Made by a program: the position numbers and the translations under genes. DNA of 62,014 nt, filler included, from Globobulimina sp. (Eukaryota), in assembly GCA_003354225.1 (NCBI GenBank). It is 26 parts of 26 records of this genome, joined end to end, with 100 filler letters (N's around TTAATTAATTAA, not from the genome) between each part and the next. Parts side by side here need not be neighbours in the genome. Positions count along the whole stretch, not along the records: positions 59,728 to 62,014 come from PIVH01007641.1; 25 more parts are not named here. One strand, given 5' to 3'. Shown one piece after another: positions 59,628 to 62,014 of this stretch. Every line of letters starts with the position of its first letter. The first letter of the stretch is position 1. The notes under the pieces were generated by a model. The model was not told the DNA's origin. It worked only from the letters and a program-made list of their open reading frames with translations, and made no database searches.

Positions 59628-59727
59628 NNNNNNNNNNNNNNNNNNNNNNNNNNNNNNNNNNNNNNNNNNNNTTAATTAATTAANNNNNNNNNNNNNNNNN
59701 NNNNNNNNNNNNNNNNNNNNNNNNNNN

Positions 59728-62014
59728 TGGATGGTGGAGGAGTGGACGAGTGGAGAGTGGACAGAGATACCACCTGAGGAAACCACAGTGGAAGATGCAA
59801 CTGCGACTGCAATCAGTGAGGATATTCCACAATCAGTTCCCAGGGAACATATCAACACATATGAGAAATTGCAACATGCAAATACGCGTAAAAACAATCT
59901 GGGTCGTACAATATGGCCATCGCCATGTGATCTCCAACCGGGGATAAATATGCAATTCTGTAATTATTCACTATCATTCGAAGACCGTGCCCGCAGTTTA
60001 TTAAATGCAATGACAATGAATGAAACATTAAGTCAAACATCATGTTGGTCCCACAAATAATTAATTCTGGAACTACATTCAACAGAACTTTATGGTGGCA
60101 AATTGGTGACATTATTTCTACTGAAGGTCTGTAAATATATTATAACATTCATTCATCACAATTCATAATTGTACCTCAAATAAAATAGGCAGAGCGTTTG
60201 CAAATTACGGGTGTTCAAGTTTGACTTTTTGGGATCCAAATATCAACATTTTCCGGGATCCGAGATGGTATTTATACTTTTATACATATATATTTATTTA
60301 CATTTATCTGTGTTGTTTCTACAAAGGGGTCGCGGTCAAGAAGTGCCGGGAGAAGACCCATTTGTAAATGCAGAATATGCGATTAATTTTGTGAAAGGAA
60401 TGCAAGGCAATGATACAAAGTACTTGAAAGCAAGTGTAACTTGCAAACATTTCGATGCCTACAGTTTGGAAGGCATGTTCTGCATTTTTTGCACTCAAAA
60501 GCTATGACTAATTCTTTCTTTTCAGGTACATGGGGACCAAAGAACAGCATAACCAGACAAACTTTCAATGCAATAGTCTCCGATTACGATTTCAATGATA
60601 CTTATTATCCTGCATTTAAATATTGTGTCTCACCACAACATGGAAACGCATCCGGCGTCATGTGTTCATACAACGAAGTAAACGGTATCCCAGCCTGTGC
60701 AGATAAGGATTTATTAACAGCTGTGCTTAATGAATGGCGCTTTGATGGTTATATAGTGAGTGATTGTTACGCAGTGCAACAAATTGAAACAACTCATCAT
60801 TACACAACAACGCCGGCGGACACTATCAATGCAGTGTACAATGCTGGAATGAACCTCGAATGCTCCAATTTTATAGCATTAAATGGCTGGGCTGGTATAC
60901 AAAATGGTAGTGTTGATTTTGCACAGATCAGCAATCAAACAGTTAATGCAATAAAAGTGCTCATGCGATTGGGTTATTTTGACCCCGCTGACAATTTGCA
61001 ATGGAGAAAATATGACCAAACTATGGTTTGTAAACTGTTTCGATATTTTGATGTACAAATTTTTGTTGAGACTACTATAAAACAATTAACATGTATATGT
61101 TTTGAATTTGCAGGTTAACACACCATATAATCAACAAGTTGCATTGGACGATGCACGGCAATCTACGGTGCTGTTAAAGAATGCAAATAACTCATATTTG
61201 CCGATACAATCATCAGATTTTAAAACAATTACTGTGTTGGGACCAAACGCAAATGATTCAGCTGTGTTGTTAGGTAATTATCAGGGTATTCCACCATTTA
61301 TTGTGACAGTATTACAAGGCATACAGTCGCATCTTAATGACGGACAAACCGTACATTATAATATGGGATGTGATATTAATTCGAATGATACTGTGAATTT
61401 CAGCAAATCTATTTCCTTCGCACAAAATGCAGATGTAACCATATTGGTAATGGGTCTCAATAATACCATTGAAGCAGAAGGGAAAGACAGACACAGTTTG
61501 TATCTGCCAGGCGTACAAAACGAGTTTATTCGAAATATTTCGAGTGTGAGCAATAACATTATTTTAATTGTAATCAGTGCCGGTTGTGTGGATGTAGCAG
61601 AATTTGAAAAGCATGATAATATTGTTGCCATATTGTGGGCTGGCTATGGTGGGATGTATGGTGGTCAGGGTGTTGCTGATGTTGTTTTTGGTGAATTTGC
61701 GCCGACTGCCTTGAATTCGCAAACGTGGTATTTAGGTACAATGTTGTCTCTATTTCTACAGTGTCAGACTCATAATATTGGCTGCCTTGCAATGAATACT
61801 CAGATGATTATGTCGACGAAGTAAATATGACAAATATGAATATGCGGCCAAATATCAGCACAAATGGCCGAGGATATAGATATTATAATGGTAAAAATGT
61901 ATTATATGAGTTTGGTTTTGGTTTATTTTATACAACATTTGAATGCGGTGATTTAAAAATAGAAGATAGTGTATCAAGTGTCACAGTTAAGAATACAGGA
62001 AATGTTAATTCTGG
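59728..62014 (+). CDS. Glycoside hydrolase family 3 beta-xylosidase/arabinofuranosidase (BXL-like), partial; introns 60127-60188, 60268-60326, ~60473-60525, 61026-61113, 61736-61803
   Basis: [67 protein letters not shown] (nucleophile), EAEGKDR, GRGYRYY. Confidence 0.93.

Noticed and set aside
2291-59727. Regularly spaced TTAATTAATTAA palindromes as a CRISPR-like or biological repeat
   Set aside because: Always centred in N runs with fixed 100-nt geometry; a concatenation linker. ORFs ending in ...XXXLIN are artefacts.
1-62014. Gene clusters or operons spanning linkers
   Set aside because: Contigs are ordered by length, so adjacency across a linker has no meaning.

Overview
This is not a contiguous locus. 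It is 26 unrelated contigs of about 2.29 kb, sorted by length and joined by a 100-nt artificial linker (N44-TTAATTAATTAA-N44, stops in all six frames), so synteny is meaningful only inside a contig. The DNA is AT-rich, gene-dense and eukaryotic, with short spliceosomal introns (about 52-88 nt). A divergent type-2 beta-tubulin points to Foraminifera/Retaria. Recognisable genes: CAR/GCR1-like GPCR, NOX/ferric reductase, Chk2-like kinase, WWE-PARP, Tfb1/p62-like, G-alpha, eIF4G-like, Rad5/HLTF-like SNF2-RING helicase, metallophosphoesterase, Mx-like dynamin, VPS37A-like, 14-3-3, MFS transporters, vWA, Kelch, EML, PFK-2, GGCT and a GH3 xylosidase. The standout is a lipid-anchor-motif globin-RGS fusion gene 162 bp downstream of a G-alpha gene on the same contig, a candidate O2/NO-gated G-protein switch. 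Other leads: a spliced RelA/SpoT-like domain next to ankyrin repeats, a bacterial-type ATC-hydrolase-family protein with a mitochondrial-like presequence, a degenerate ART-toxin-like protein, a shared N-terminal adaptor motif on SPRY and Kelch proteins, repeated TTA-CAA-TGA stop/start junctions, a CRE-like retroelement and a fold-back element. All domain calls come from motif recognition by eye; no database searches were run.
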